A program made the translations under genes and the position numbers. From Gammaproteobacteria bacterium (GTDB lineage Bacteria > Pseudomonadota > Gammaproteobacteria > Eutrophobiales > Eutrophobiaceae): a stretch of DNA of 64,000 bases. The DNA is taken from assembly GCA_963422205.2 (NCBI GenBank), contig CAXMWX010000001.1, forward strand, positions 192,001-256,000. Direction: 5' to 3'. Every line of letters begins with the position of its first letter. The first letter of the stretch is position 1. The notes under the pieces were generated by a model. That model saw only the letters and a program-made list of their open reading frames with translations, was not told the DNA's origin and ran no database searches. This document shows, piece by piece, positions 40,653 to 51,802 of this stretch.

Positions 40653-40958
40653 ATGAGCCAGGTCGCCTTTGGCACCCTGAAGTTTACCGAGACCCTGAAA
40701 CAAGCCGGTGTCTCCGAGCAGCACGCCAAAGCCGAAGCCATCGCCATTCAAGGCGCCTTTAGTGAGGCGCTGAATACGCAGGTGGCAACCAAAGAGGATA
40801 TCCATGAGTTAAGAACGGAGCTGAAAACCGACATTCACCGCCTTGAGCGGGGGCAGGACGAATTACGGGCAGAGCAGCGTTTACTGAAATGGATGCTCGG
40901 CTTTAACCTCATTATGACAACGGGTATACTCTGGAAGCTGTTCATCCCGGCAGGTTGA
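40653..40958 (+). CDS. DUF1640/CCDC90-like coiled-coil membrane-anchored protein
   Basis: F.TLKFTETLKQAG, VATKEDI, LLKWMLG plus C-terminal TM. Confidence 0.75.
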   Translation: MSQVAFGTLKFTETLKQAGVSEQHAKAEAIAIQGAFSEALNTQVATKEDIHELRTELKTDIHRLERGQDELRAEQRLLKWMLGFNLIMTTGILWKLFIPAG

Positions 40959-41143
40959 CCGGCACTTTCGAAAACAGCATCAAAGCAATACGGATGAACC
41001 CTACGCAAAGCCACATCACCGAAGAGAAAACCACCATGCGACAGACCACATGCCATACAACCCGGAACACCGTCCGCAGCCCGTTGACGGCCTGTGCAGT
41101 TGCCTGCCAAACTCTGCGCCTGCTTGTCAGACGCTGTTATCTA

Positions 41144-41153
41144 CCCCCCCCCC
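41144..41153. repeat. Poly-C tract (C10) upstream of the autotransporter
   Basis: Read directly; followed by an A-rich stretch. Confidence 0.8.
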
Positions 41154-41242
41154 AAGAAAAATAAAATAAAAACAAACACTTATTTTTACATAAACAAGTC
41201 TTACCTAAACATACATCCCCGCCGTCTTACTCCCCCGCCGCA

Positions 41243-44200
41243 ATGCCTTATCACCGGCGGGCTGGTATAGTGGTCGGCATCAGTGCTGGCCTGATAACTC
41301 GCCTTATCGCCCCTCTGCGCGTCCGGCGTACCTCGGCCATCCGCATCCGCACCAGCCTGCTAACGAACCGCCGCCTAACAACACGGCGCGCCAGCACCGT
41401 TGCCAACCAACCGGGGCGCCGCCCTGGGCAGCCACCAGTCACGGAACAGCCCGCGCCGCCGCATCACCAGCCGGAACAGCGCTTATTCTCCTCGGCCCAG
41501 GGCCGCCCCCGCCCCCTGGCCCGAATCACGCCGATGGCCACCCCTCTGGCCTGGTTTCTCACCGCCTGGCTCCTGGGTGCCAACACTGCCCTGGCCGCCT
41601 CCTTTACCGTAGGCATGACGCCCCCGAATTTTTTCCCCTCCTTACCCTACCTCTACTCCCTGGATGGGACCGGCCAGATGGGCAACGTACCCGAGGGGCA
41701 AATCCTGGAAAATAAATTTTTTGTCCGTAACTTAGTGTCTCTTCGTTTTGGCAATGGCCTTCGCCTTGATATCAGCGGCACCCTGCGGCTGACTGGCAGC
41801 GACTTTGGTAGTGCGATCAATGCTCGAGCCGATGGTGCGCAAGACAATCCGAACACCATCACCATTCGCAGCGGCGGCCTCGTGGAGTCACGAAGCTCCG
41901 GCAGATTCGCCATACCTGTGCGTATAGCCGGCAATTACAACAGGCTGGATGTGCATGCGGGCGGGCGCATCCTCAGCACCCATAACAATGCCGTGTTCTC
42001 CTATGGTGACAACACCACCATCAACGTGGCCGGCACCATCACCACCGAGGGCCGCGGGGCACCCACAGCCAGCGGATCATCCGGAGCCATATTCGGCGAA
42101 GCTATTATTATCAGGGATGCCGACAACGCCAACATCAACATCATGGCTGGCGGCCTGCTGGAGACCACCGCCTGTCTGACGGACGGCATGAACGGTGCCA
42201 GCACCTGCCCCGCCAATGCCAACCCCAACCCCTCCAACGGCCACGGTATAAACATTTCAGGGGAAAACGCCACCATCACCCTGGGCACGGAACCGATGAT
42301 GGGCACCACGGTCAGCTTTGATGGGATGAACGAAGCCAGAAACGCCCGCATCATCACCCTGGGCGCTACTTCCCACGGCATCGTCCTCGCCGCTACCGGG
42401 GCGGCGATGAGCAACATCGGCCGCATCACCACTTATGCCGACAGCCTGATTCGCACCATGGGTGCCGGTGCCCACGGCATCGTGATTGGTGATACCCCCG
42501 GTGATTCGACAACCACCGCCGTTGAAAATACCGCCGCGGTGAGGCTGGACTTGGGCGGGCATATCGAAGTGACGGGTGCCAATGCCGTGGGGCTGCAACT
42601 GTCCGATACCAACCTCGTGCTGGCCAATGTCGATGGCAATACGGGCAACGGTAGGGAGATCCGCATTACTGGCCAGATCAGCGCCACGGGTATGGACGGC
42701 GCCGCGATACGCGATAGTAGCGGCACCGGCATCCGCCTGCTGCTCGATGGTGCCATGATCAGGGGTGATGTGGCCCTGGGGGCGGGCGATGATGAGCTGG
42801 ATGTCACCGGCAGCACCGCCATCGGCACGGCCAGCGCCCGCAGGAATATCCGCATGGGCGATGATAATGATCTCGTCAGCTTCCGCAGCAGCGCCATGAG
42901 CTATCTGACCGACATCGACCTCGGTGACGGCAATGACACGCTTGCCTTAAACGCGAACCTTACCATCAGTGGCAGCCTGATGGGCGGGGCCGGAACCGAC
43001 ACCCTGCAGGGCTATACCACCAACGCCACCTGGACGCTTGACACCACGAGCAACCGCTATCAGGCAGACGGCCAGACGGCGGCGCTGCCCTTCGCCGGTT
43101 TTGAGGGACTCTACGGCGGGAACATGAGAGACACCTTTAACATCAGCGTCAGCCACACGGGCAACTTGAGCGGCAGAGGCGGGGCGGACGTCTTCAACCT
43201 CACCGGCGGTGTGCTGATGGGCAATATCGAGGGCGGCGATAACGAGGATACGCTCACCCTCACCGGCACCACCGCCGCCATCGGCAGCAACGTCTCGTCG
43301 ACCATCACCCGCCAGAGCATCAACATGGGCGATGGCGATGATGAGATCACCTTTAACAGCACCGCCACCAGCTACCTCACCGACATCGACCTCGGTGCGG
43401 ACAATGACACGCTCACCTTGAGTGCGAATATCGACATCAGCGGCAGCCTGACCGGCGGGGCAGGCACGGACACCTTAATCGGCTATGCGGCCGATGCCAC
43501 CTGGACGCTGGCCAGAACCGCCAACAGTGGCGCAAACACCTACGCCACCGGCACGGGAACCAGCGCCCGCTCGCAGACCTTTGCTGAATTCCAGAACCTC
43601 ACCGGCGGGTCAATGAATGATGCCTTCACCCTCACCGCCGCCCATGCGGGCAACTTGGATGGCGGGGCGGGCGATGACAGATTCACCCTCACCGCCGCCC
43701 ACACCGGCAACCTTAACGGCGGGGCGGGCGATGATACCCTGATCCTTAACACCGGCGGCAGCCTCACTGGCACCGTGGCCCTCGGTGATGATATGGACAC
43801 CCTCTCCTACGGCAACCGCAGCACCACAGTGGCCGTCACCCTCACCAGCCGCGATGCCACCGGCTTTGCTGGTGCCGCCACGGCCACCGGAGGCTTCTCC
43901 GGCGTCAATGCCTTGACCGCTGGCAGTGCCACCGCCACCACCGATGCCCTGACCGGCTATAACACCACCGCCACCTGGACGCTGGGCAGAACCGGCAACA
44001 GCTATGCCGATGCCAGCCACCGCCTCACCTTCACCGGTTTTGAAAACCTCACCGGCGGGGCGATGATGGATACCTTTGAAGTGACTACGAGCCACACGGG
44101 CGACCTTAACGGGCGTGAGGAGGATGATGTCTTCACCCTCAGCGGCAGCGCCCGCCTCCAGGGCCGAATCATCGGCCATACGGGTTCTGACACCCTTAGG

Positions 44201-47152
44201 GTCACCGACAGCGCCAGCAGCCGCGGGGATATCTGGATGGGCACGGGCAATGACCGTGTCATCTTTAACAGCAGTGCCGCCAGCTACATCAACAGCCTTA
44301 CCCTGGGGGATGGTGCTGATGAGCTCACCCTGGGTGCGGGCGTAAATCTGGCCACCGGCTCCACGCTGGACGGCGGCAGTGACGTTGATACCCTCACCGG
44401 CTATACCACCACCGCCACCTGGATACTGGCCTCGGACGGCAACAGCTATCAGGCGGGCGGGCAGACGCTCAGCTTCTCCGCTTTTGAAAATCTGATCGGC
44501 AGCGCAATGGTCGACACCTTTAACGTGAGTGTGAACCACACCGGCAACCTTAACGGCGGGGATGGCGATGATGCCTTTACCATCAACACCGGCGGCAGCC
44601 TCACTGGCACCGTGGCCCTCGGTGCAGGCAGCGACAGCTTCTCTTACGGCAACCGCAGCACCATAGTGGCCGTCACCCTGACCGGCAGCGATGCCGATGG
44701 TTTTGCGGGCAGTGCCACCGACACCGGCGGCTTCACTGGTGTGAATACCCTGACCGCTGGTAGTGCGATGGACGATGCCCTCACCGGCTATAACGTGGCC
44801 GCCACCTGGACAGTCGCCACAGCGGGCAACACCTACGGCACTGGCACGGGGCAAAATGCGCGCAGCCTCACCTTCTCCGGCTTTGAAAACCTCACCGGCG
44901 GCGCGATGGCGGACACCTTTGAGATCCGCACCAACCACCGCGGCAATATCAACAGCAGCGCGGGCGATGACATCGTCGCCCTTTATGGCTCTGTCACCCT
45001 CACCGGTGTCGTTAATCTGGGGGCAGGCGGCGGGGATTTTCTGCAATTTAACAACCTGGGCTCGGGCGACTTCACCCTCACCGGCAGCGATGCCACCGGC
45101 TTTTCCGGCACCCACTCGGCGATTACGGGCGGGTTCCGGGGCGTAAATTCACTTGCTGCCAACGACCCCCCAACCGGCGGCGCAGTCCACAACCTGATCG
45201 GCCTGAACCGGAACGCCACCTGGACGTCGGATAGCCAGGGCATACGGTATGCCGTGACCGAAGGCACAACCACCCGCAGCCTGGGATTATTCCATTTTGA
45301 ACAATTCACCGGTGGCACGGGCAACGATACCTTCAATGTGGGCTTCAACGACGATATCGACATCAATGGCGGGGCAGGCGATGACCGCTTCAACCTGAGC
45401 GGGCTAATCACGGGCAATCTGACCGGCGGGGCGATGATGGATACCTTCACCATCAGCACCGACCACACCGGCAACCTTGATGGTGGGGCGGGCGATGACA
45501 GCTTCACCCTGAGCGCCGGTACCCTCACAGGCAACCTCACTGGCGGCGATGACAATGATACCGTCACCATGGACGGGGATGCCCGGCTGGTCGGTGATAT
45601 TACCCTGGGGACAGGCGATGATACCCTGACCTTTGCCAGTGCCGATGTGCGCTTCTTTGGTCTGGCCGATGGTGGCCCCGGCATGGACACCCTGAATGGC
45701 CTGCAACTGTTCACCGAGGCCAGTGCCACCACCATCTTCCGCTTCCGCAACTTTGAGACCGTCAATGGTGAGACAGAACTGCTGACCAACCTGCCGGTAG
45801 TGGCACGTCAGGAGACGATGGATGCGGCAGGCACCATCATCTCTTATACCGATGGTCAACCCCCACCGCCACCACCCGCACCCCAAGGCACAGGCACGGG
45901 GACAGGCACAACACCACCGCCCACAGGCGGCACAGCCACACCCCCACCCCCATCCCCGACCGACTTTGCGGTGTTGGCGGCGGCCTATTGTGAGGCCACG
46001 GGGACAGCCTGTCAGCCCGCCACCGCCACCCGACCGGCCACCGTCACACCGACCCCGCCAGCACTCCCTGACCCGACCACCCTGCCCGATGAGCCTGCCA
46101 GGGCAGCCGCCCGTGACCGCTTCCAGAGCCAGGTCGAGAGCTATGTCTATGTTGACCCCACCGGCCCGTCCGTACAAGCCTCTGCCGTGGGCGCTCTGAC
46201 CACCACCATCAACACCCTCATCAGTCAACGGCTGTCCGCTTATCGCCGTGCTGCCCGCCCACCGGTGCAGGTGGCCGCCACCGCCCTGCTGCCGGGGATG
46301 CTGGCCAGGGGAGAAGACCCGCTCATCTGGGGAGAATTGTTTGCTTCTGACCGGCAACGGGGACGGGATGGCCGCACCCTGTCCTACTCCCATGAGTACC
46401 GGGGCGTGTTGTTCGGGGCCGAGCAGCGTTATGGGCAGGAGGCCGTGCTGGGGTTGATGCTGGGCTATGCCGATGCCGATGTCAGCACCCACATCACGGC
46501 GCTGAATGTCGAGACCGGCAGCCTCTTCGGGGGAGTGTATGGCCGTCTTGACCTGGCTGGACTGGCGGTGGATGTGGGGCTGAACTTAGGCTATGAAGAG
46601 CATGACAATCAGCGCTTTATCCCCCAGCAAAGACAAACTGCCGAAACCAGCACCCACAGCTTCTTTATCAACCCGTCCCTGACAGTCAGCCAGAGCTATA
46701 GGGTAGAGGCCCTGTCCGGCCGGGCAACCTTTCGTCTCACTCCCTCCCTGAGCATGAGCTACACCGCCGCCTTCTATGGGGACTACACCGAGCGGGGGGC
46801 AGCGGGGTTTAATCTTAGCGTTGATAGCCGCACGGCCCATAACCTGACCACCCGGCTGCAACTGGGTGGCGACTGGGCGCTGCCGAAGAGTAACAGCGGG
46901 CTGGGGCTGCGCTTAGGATTACAGAGCCGCTTCACCGACAGCAGTGACTTTGAAGGGACTTTGAGTGGGGCGAGCTTCAGCTATGCCAGCGATGCGGATA
47001 AGAGCGTACACAGCCTGTATGTCGGTGTGGATGGTCGGCACGAGCTCCGTGATAATCTCAAGCTGCTGGTCGATGTGGAATACAACCATGATGTGGGGGA
47101 GGTGAGTGAGCGGGCCTTGAGTGGGATTGTCAGGTTGGAGTATGCCTATTAG
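41243..47152 (+). CDS. Large repetitive autotransporter / adhesin (true start may be ATG 41534)
   Basis: Signal-like MATPLAWFLTAWLLGANTALA, Gly/Thr/Asp-rich GGAGDD-type repeats, Pro/Thr linker, C-terminal beta-barrel ending VRLEYAY. Confidence 0.88.
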   Translation: MPYHRRAGIVVGISAGLITRLIAPLRVRRTSAIRIRTSLLTNRRLTTRRASTVANQPGRRPGQPPVTEQPAPPHHQPEQRLFSSAQGRPRPLARITPMATPLAWFLTAWLLGANTALAASFTVGMTPPNFFPSLPYLYSLDGTGQMGNVPEGQILENKFFVRNLVSLRFGNGLRLDISGTLRLTGSDFGSAINARADGAQDNPNTITIRSGGLVESRSSGRFAIPVRIAGNYNRLDVHAGGRILSTHNNAVFSYGDNTTINVAGTITTEGRGAPTASGSSGAIFGEAIIIRDADNANINIMAGGLLETTACLTDGMNGASTCPANANPNPSNGHGINISGENATITLGTEPMMGTTVSFDGMNEARNARIITLGATSHGIVLAATGAAMSNIGRITTYADSLIRTMGAGAHGIVIGDTPGDSTTTAVENTAAVRLDLGGHIEVTGANAVGLQLSDTNLVLANVDGNTGNGREIRITGQISATGMDGAAIRDSSGTGIRLLLDGAMIRGDVALGAGDDELDVTGSTAIGTASARRNIRMGDDNDLVSFRSSAMSYLTDIDLGDGNDTLALNANLTISGSLMGGAGTDTLQGYTTNATWTLDTTSNRYQADGQTAALPFAGFEGLYGGNMRDTFNISVSHTGNLSGRGGADVFNLTGGVLMGNIEGGDNEDTLTLTGTTAAIGSNVSSTITRQSINMGDGDDEITFNSTATSYLTDIDLGADNDTLTLSANIDISGSLTGGAGTDTLIGYAADATWTLARTANSGANTYATGTGTSARSQTFAEFQNLTGGSMNDAFTLTAAHAGNLDGGAGDDRFTLTAAHTGNLNGGAGDDTLILNTGGSLTGTVALGDDMDTLSYGNRSTTVAVTLTSRDATGFAGAATATGGFSGVNALTAGSATATTDALTGYNTTATWTLGRTGNSYADASHRLTFTGFENLTGGAMMDTFEVTTSHTGDLNGREEDDVFTLSGSARLQGRIIGHTGSDTLRVTDSASSRGDIWMGTGNDRVIFNSSAASYINSLTLGDGADELTLGAGVNLATGSTLDGGSDVDTLTGYTTTATWILASDGNSYQAGGQTLSFSAFENLIGSAMVDTFNVSVNHTGNLNGGDGDDAFTINTGGSLTGTVALGAGSDSFSYGNRSTIVAVTLTGSDADGFAGSATDTGGFTGVNTLTAGSAMDDALTGYNVAATWTVATAGNTYGTGTGQNARSLTFSGFENLTGGAMADTFEIRTNHRGNINSSAGDDIVALYGSVTLTGVVNLGAGGGDFLQFNNLGSGDFTLTGSDATGFSGTHSAITGGFRGVNSLAANDPPTGGAVHNLIGLNRNATWTSDSQGIRYAVTEGTTTRSLGLFHFEQFTGGTGNDTFNVGFNDDIDINGGAGDDRFNLSGLITGNLTGGAMMDTFTISTDHTGNLDGGAGDDSFTLSAGTLTGNLTGGDDNDTVTMDGDARLVGDITLGTGDDTLTFASADVRFFGLADGGPGMDTLNGLQLFTEASATTIFRFRNFETVNGETELLTNLPVVARQETMDAAGTIISYTDGQPPPPPPAPQGTGTGTGTTPPPTGGTATPPPPSPTDFAVLAAAYCEATGTACQPATATRPATVTPTPPALPDPTTLPDEPARAAARDRFQSQVESYVYVDPTGPSVQASAVGALTTTINTLISQRLSAYRRAARPPVQVAATALLPGMLARGEDPLIWGELFASDRQRGRDGRTLSYSHEYRGVLFGAEQRYGQEAVLGLMLGYADADVSTHITALNVETGSLFGGVYGRLDLAGLAVDVGLNLGYEEHDNQRFIPQQRQTAETSTHSFFINPSLTVSQSYRVEALSGRATFRLTPSLSMSYTAAFYGDYTERGAAGFNLSVDSRTAHNLTTRLQLGGDWALPKSNSGLGLRLGLQSRFTDSSDFEGTLSGASFSYASDADKSVHSLYVGVDGRHELRDNLKLLVDVEYNHDVGEVSERALSGIVRLEYAY

Positions 47153-47170
47153 GTGGGGTGGGATGACGCA

Positions 47171-47414
47171 GGGGCGACTGCTCAGGATGGCAGTAACCCG
47201 TCATTCTGAGCGTAGCGAAGAATCTATGGTTCTGTGTGATAGATCCTTCGTCACTTTGTTCCTCAGGATGACGAGAGGGAGGGCAACTGCTCAGGATGTG
47301 ACAAGCAGCACGTCATTCTGAGCGAACGACTACAGGGATGTAGGAGGTAGAGAATGTCAGGAACACATTATCGAGGTAGAAAACGTCGGGAACAGGTTTT
47401 CGAGCGAAGAATCT
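47171..47414. repeat. Cluster of GTCATTCTGAGC...GAAGAATCT / CTCAGGATGAC palindromic repeats with a nested insert
   Basis: 47200-47225 pairs with 47241-47272; second left arm 47312-47414 is split by ~78 bp containing two 29-bp direct repeats. Confidence 0.8.
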
Positions 47415-47515
47415 ATGTGCTACTGCAATAGAGCCTTACGGTCGCTCGAAAATAGGCCAGGGATGGTGGGATACGTGATGCTTGTCGGTTGATAGCAAAG
47501 ATGGCGCCTGCCCGG

Positions 47516-47743
47516 TCAGTCGTTGGCGTAGACAGTCGGGTCGGTGATGCTGGCCGCTGTGAAGCCCTGACGCCGAAACCGACAGGCATCACAATAGCCA
47601 CAGGCCTGGCCTGCCTGGTCTGCCTGGTCTGCCTGATAGCAGGAAATAGTGAGATCATAATCCATACCAAGGCGGCTTCCCGTTCGAATGATCTCTGCCT
47701 TGTGCATGCCGATCAAGGTCGTATGGATAGCAAAAGACTGACC
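47516..47743 (-). pseudogene. queC: 3' remnant of 7-cyano-7-deazaguanine synthase
   Basis: [34 protein letters not shown]...[15 protein letters not shown]...DP; N-terminal SGGxDS domain absent. Confidence 0.85.
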
Positions 47744-47883
47744 GGCAAGCCAGGGTAAAGGCAGATGGGCGGGGATAGCGGTCAGGGATGGGGGATTTAG
47801 GCAATGCTCGGCACTGATGGTATCAAGCCAGGAGACTAGCGAAAGATGGCTGGGGATGATGCCGGGGTTAAGTGGGAGTGAGT

Positions 47884-47923
47884 CAGAGATAATTGGCGAT
47901 AATTAGTGATAATCAGAGATAAT
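47884..47923. repeat. Four 10-bp tandem repeats with GATAAT core
   Basis: cagagataat / tggcgataat / tagtgataat / cagagataat. Confidence 0.75.
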
Positions 47924-48129
47924 CTTGGGGGGCGCCGGGGTAGGCAGGGATGACCGAAGTTGAGTAGCGCAATTACGCCGGTATCAGTTAGGAATGAGGC
48001 AAGGCCGCTCGCCATGCCGTATGTAATCTGCCTTGTTGGCAAGGTGATGGATTGCAAGTGCGGTGATCCGATCAGACGGGCGTGAATTGACTACCTGCAA
48101 CCGGGCGATTATGCTTACCCGCTAGAGCC

Positions 48130-48711
48130 ATGTCCATCCCCGCCCGTAAAACTCACCCCAGTGCGACCTATCAGGATGTGCTGGATGCACCGCCGCACAA
48201 GGTGGCAGAAGTCATCTATGGCGTGCTGCGAATGCAACCACGACCGGCTATACCTCATGCTTGGGCAAGTTCGACATTGGGGATGGAAGTTGGCAACCCT
48301 TTTGGTCGTGGTCGCGGCGGCCCCGGTGGCTGGTGGATTATTGATGAGCCGGAGTTACACTTCGGTGAGGATATTCTCGTCCCCGATCTCGCCGGTTGGC
48401 GGCGTGAAACCTTGCCCAGTCTTCCCAATGCGGCCTTCTTTGAGCTTGCCCCGGACTGGGTCTGTGAGGTGTTATCGCCCTCGACCCGCCAGTTGGACTT
48501 GACCGACAAACGCGACATCTATGCCCGTGAAGAGGTTGCTTACCTGTGGTTTGTCGACCCGGACGTGCGTACACTGGAGGCGTTTCAACTCAACAGTGGC
48601 CTATGGTCGCTAATCGCCTCCTTAGCCGGTGATGCCGCCGTCTCTGTTCCCCCGTTTGATGCGATCAGTTTCCCACTGAGTGCGCTGTGGCCGGATGGGG
48701 AAGGCGATTGA
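48130..48711 (+). CDS. Uma2-family endonuclease (DUF820)
   Basis: EPELH...LVPDLAGWRR, APDWVCEVLSPST, YLWFVDP. Confidence 0.92.
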   Translation: MSIPARKTHPSATYQDVLDAPPHKVAEVIYGVLRMQPRPAIPHAWASSTLGMEVGNPFGRGRGGPGGWWIIDEPELHFGEDILVPDLAGWRRETLPSLPNAAFFELAPDWVCEVLSPSTRQLDLTDKRDIYAREEVAYLWFVDPDVRTLEAFQLNSGLWSLIASLAGDAAVSVPPFDAISFPLSALWPDGEGD

Positions 48712-48927
48712 TCTAATCGTAGCCATTATCCCCTTTCTCTTCGAATGCCTTTGCGGGCATCTCATCTGTTATACACTGTTTGTCAGCCTCCACTGGATGA
48801 GTAGCTGACATGATCGCATTAAAGCCCCCGCCCCTGACAAGCCGAAATGAGATTATTCGGGGCAACGCTTTATGGCATAATGGCGACCTGATTTACATAT
48901 AAAAAGCCAGGCCGAGAGGTGATACAC

Positions 48928-50865
<1,938 letters not shown>

Positions 50866-50929
50866 ACCCGGCTGAGATCGTCATGCTGATCTGGCCCTGG
50901 TGGCGGCACACCTGCTCGCTGCCGTTGGC

Positions 50930-51802
50930 TCAATCATCCGCCAGCCTGGGATCCAGTGCATCACGCAGGCCATCGCCTAAAAAATTTAAGGCAAACAAGG
51001 CCAGCGACAAGGTGAGCGCCGGGAAGAGCAGCAGCCAGGGATGGACTTCCATGGATTCTATGCCATAGGCGATCAGCAGCCCCCAGGAGCTCTGTGGCGG
51101 TTGTATGCCCAGCCCCAGAAAACTCAGGAAAGATTCCAGCAGGATCACATTCGGGATCGTTAAGGTGGTATAGACGATGATGACGCCGCTGATGTTGGGC
51201 AGCACATGCCGCCACATGATCTGCCAGGTCGGCAGCCCCAGGGTGATCGCCGCTTCAATGTACGCCTGCTCTCTGATGCTTATCACCTGACCGCGCACCA
51301 CCCGGGCCATGGTCAACCATTCCACCGCACCAATGGCAAGAAAAAGCAGCAGCAGGTTACGGCCGAACACCACCATCAACAGGATAATAAAGATCGTAAA
51401 CGGCAGGGCATACAGAATATCGACAGTACGCATCATGACAGCATCCACATAGCCGCCCAGATAGCCGGCCACAATCCCCCAGGTCACGCCGATGCTCAAG
51501 GCGACAGCCGTTGCCAGCAAGCCGACAGCCAGTGATATGCGGCTGCCGTACAGGATTCGGGTCAACAGGTCTCGGCCGAAGGTGTCAGTCCCCAGCCAGT
51601 GTTGCCAGGAGGGTGGGGTGGCGCCCAGGCTCAAGTTCTGCTCGGCATAGGAATACGGCGCGATCCAGGGCGTGAGCAGGGCGATCATGGCAAGCCCCAG
51701 CACCACCGACAAACTGACCATCGCCAGTTTATTGCGATACAGCCGGGCGCTGGCATCCCGCCACAGCGAGCGTCCGGCAAGCCTTGCGCTGCTGGTATCC
51801 AT
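50930..51802 (-). CDS. oppC: Oligopeptide ABC permease (OppC-like)
   Basis: HWLGTDTFGRD, EAA loop, ESFLSFLGLG, GDGLRDALDP. Confidence 0.88.
   Translation of the reverse strand: MDTSSARLAGRSLWRDASARLYRNKLAMVSLSVVLGLAMIALLTPWIAPYSYAEQNLSLGATPPSWQHWLGTDTFGRDLLTRILYGSRISLAVGLLATAVALSIGVTWGIVAGYLGGYVDAVMMRTVDILYALPFTIFIILLMVVFGRNLLLLFLAIGAVEWLTMARVVRGQVISIREQAYIEAAITLGLPTWQIMWRHVLPNISGVIIVYTTLTIPNVILLESFLSFLGLGIQPPQSSWGLLIAYGIESMEVHPWLLLFPALTLSLALFALNFLGDGLRDALDPRLADD

Noticed and set aside
40955-41164. 69-aa ORF after the DUF1640-like gene
   Set aside because: TTG start, no motifs, runs through the poly-C tract; probably non-coding
43700-44920. Diversity-generating retroelement TR/VR pair
   Set aside because: Differences between repeats are not adenine-specific, both copies are coding, and no reverse transcriptase is present
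42700-45700. RTX toxin / type I secretion substrate
   Set aside because: GGxGxD repeats are present, but the protein has a signal-like N-terminus and a C-terminal autotransporter barrel, and no T1SS genes are nearby
43610-46492. Long antisense ORFs (501, 268, 362 aa) opposite the autotransporter
   Set aside because: Expected from biased codon use in a GC-rich repetitive gene; no recognisable motifs
48130-48711. Uma2 nuclease as the mobiliser of nearby palindromic repeats
   Set aside because: No repeats directly flank it and nothing in the sequence links them
48781-48811. Hairpin tgtcagc...gctgaca upstream of acs as a ribozyme or riboswitch
   Set aside because: Single short stem with no recognisable conserved core
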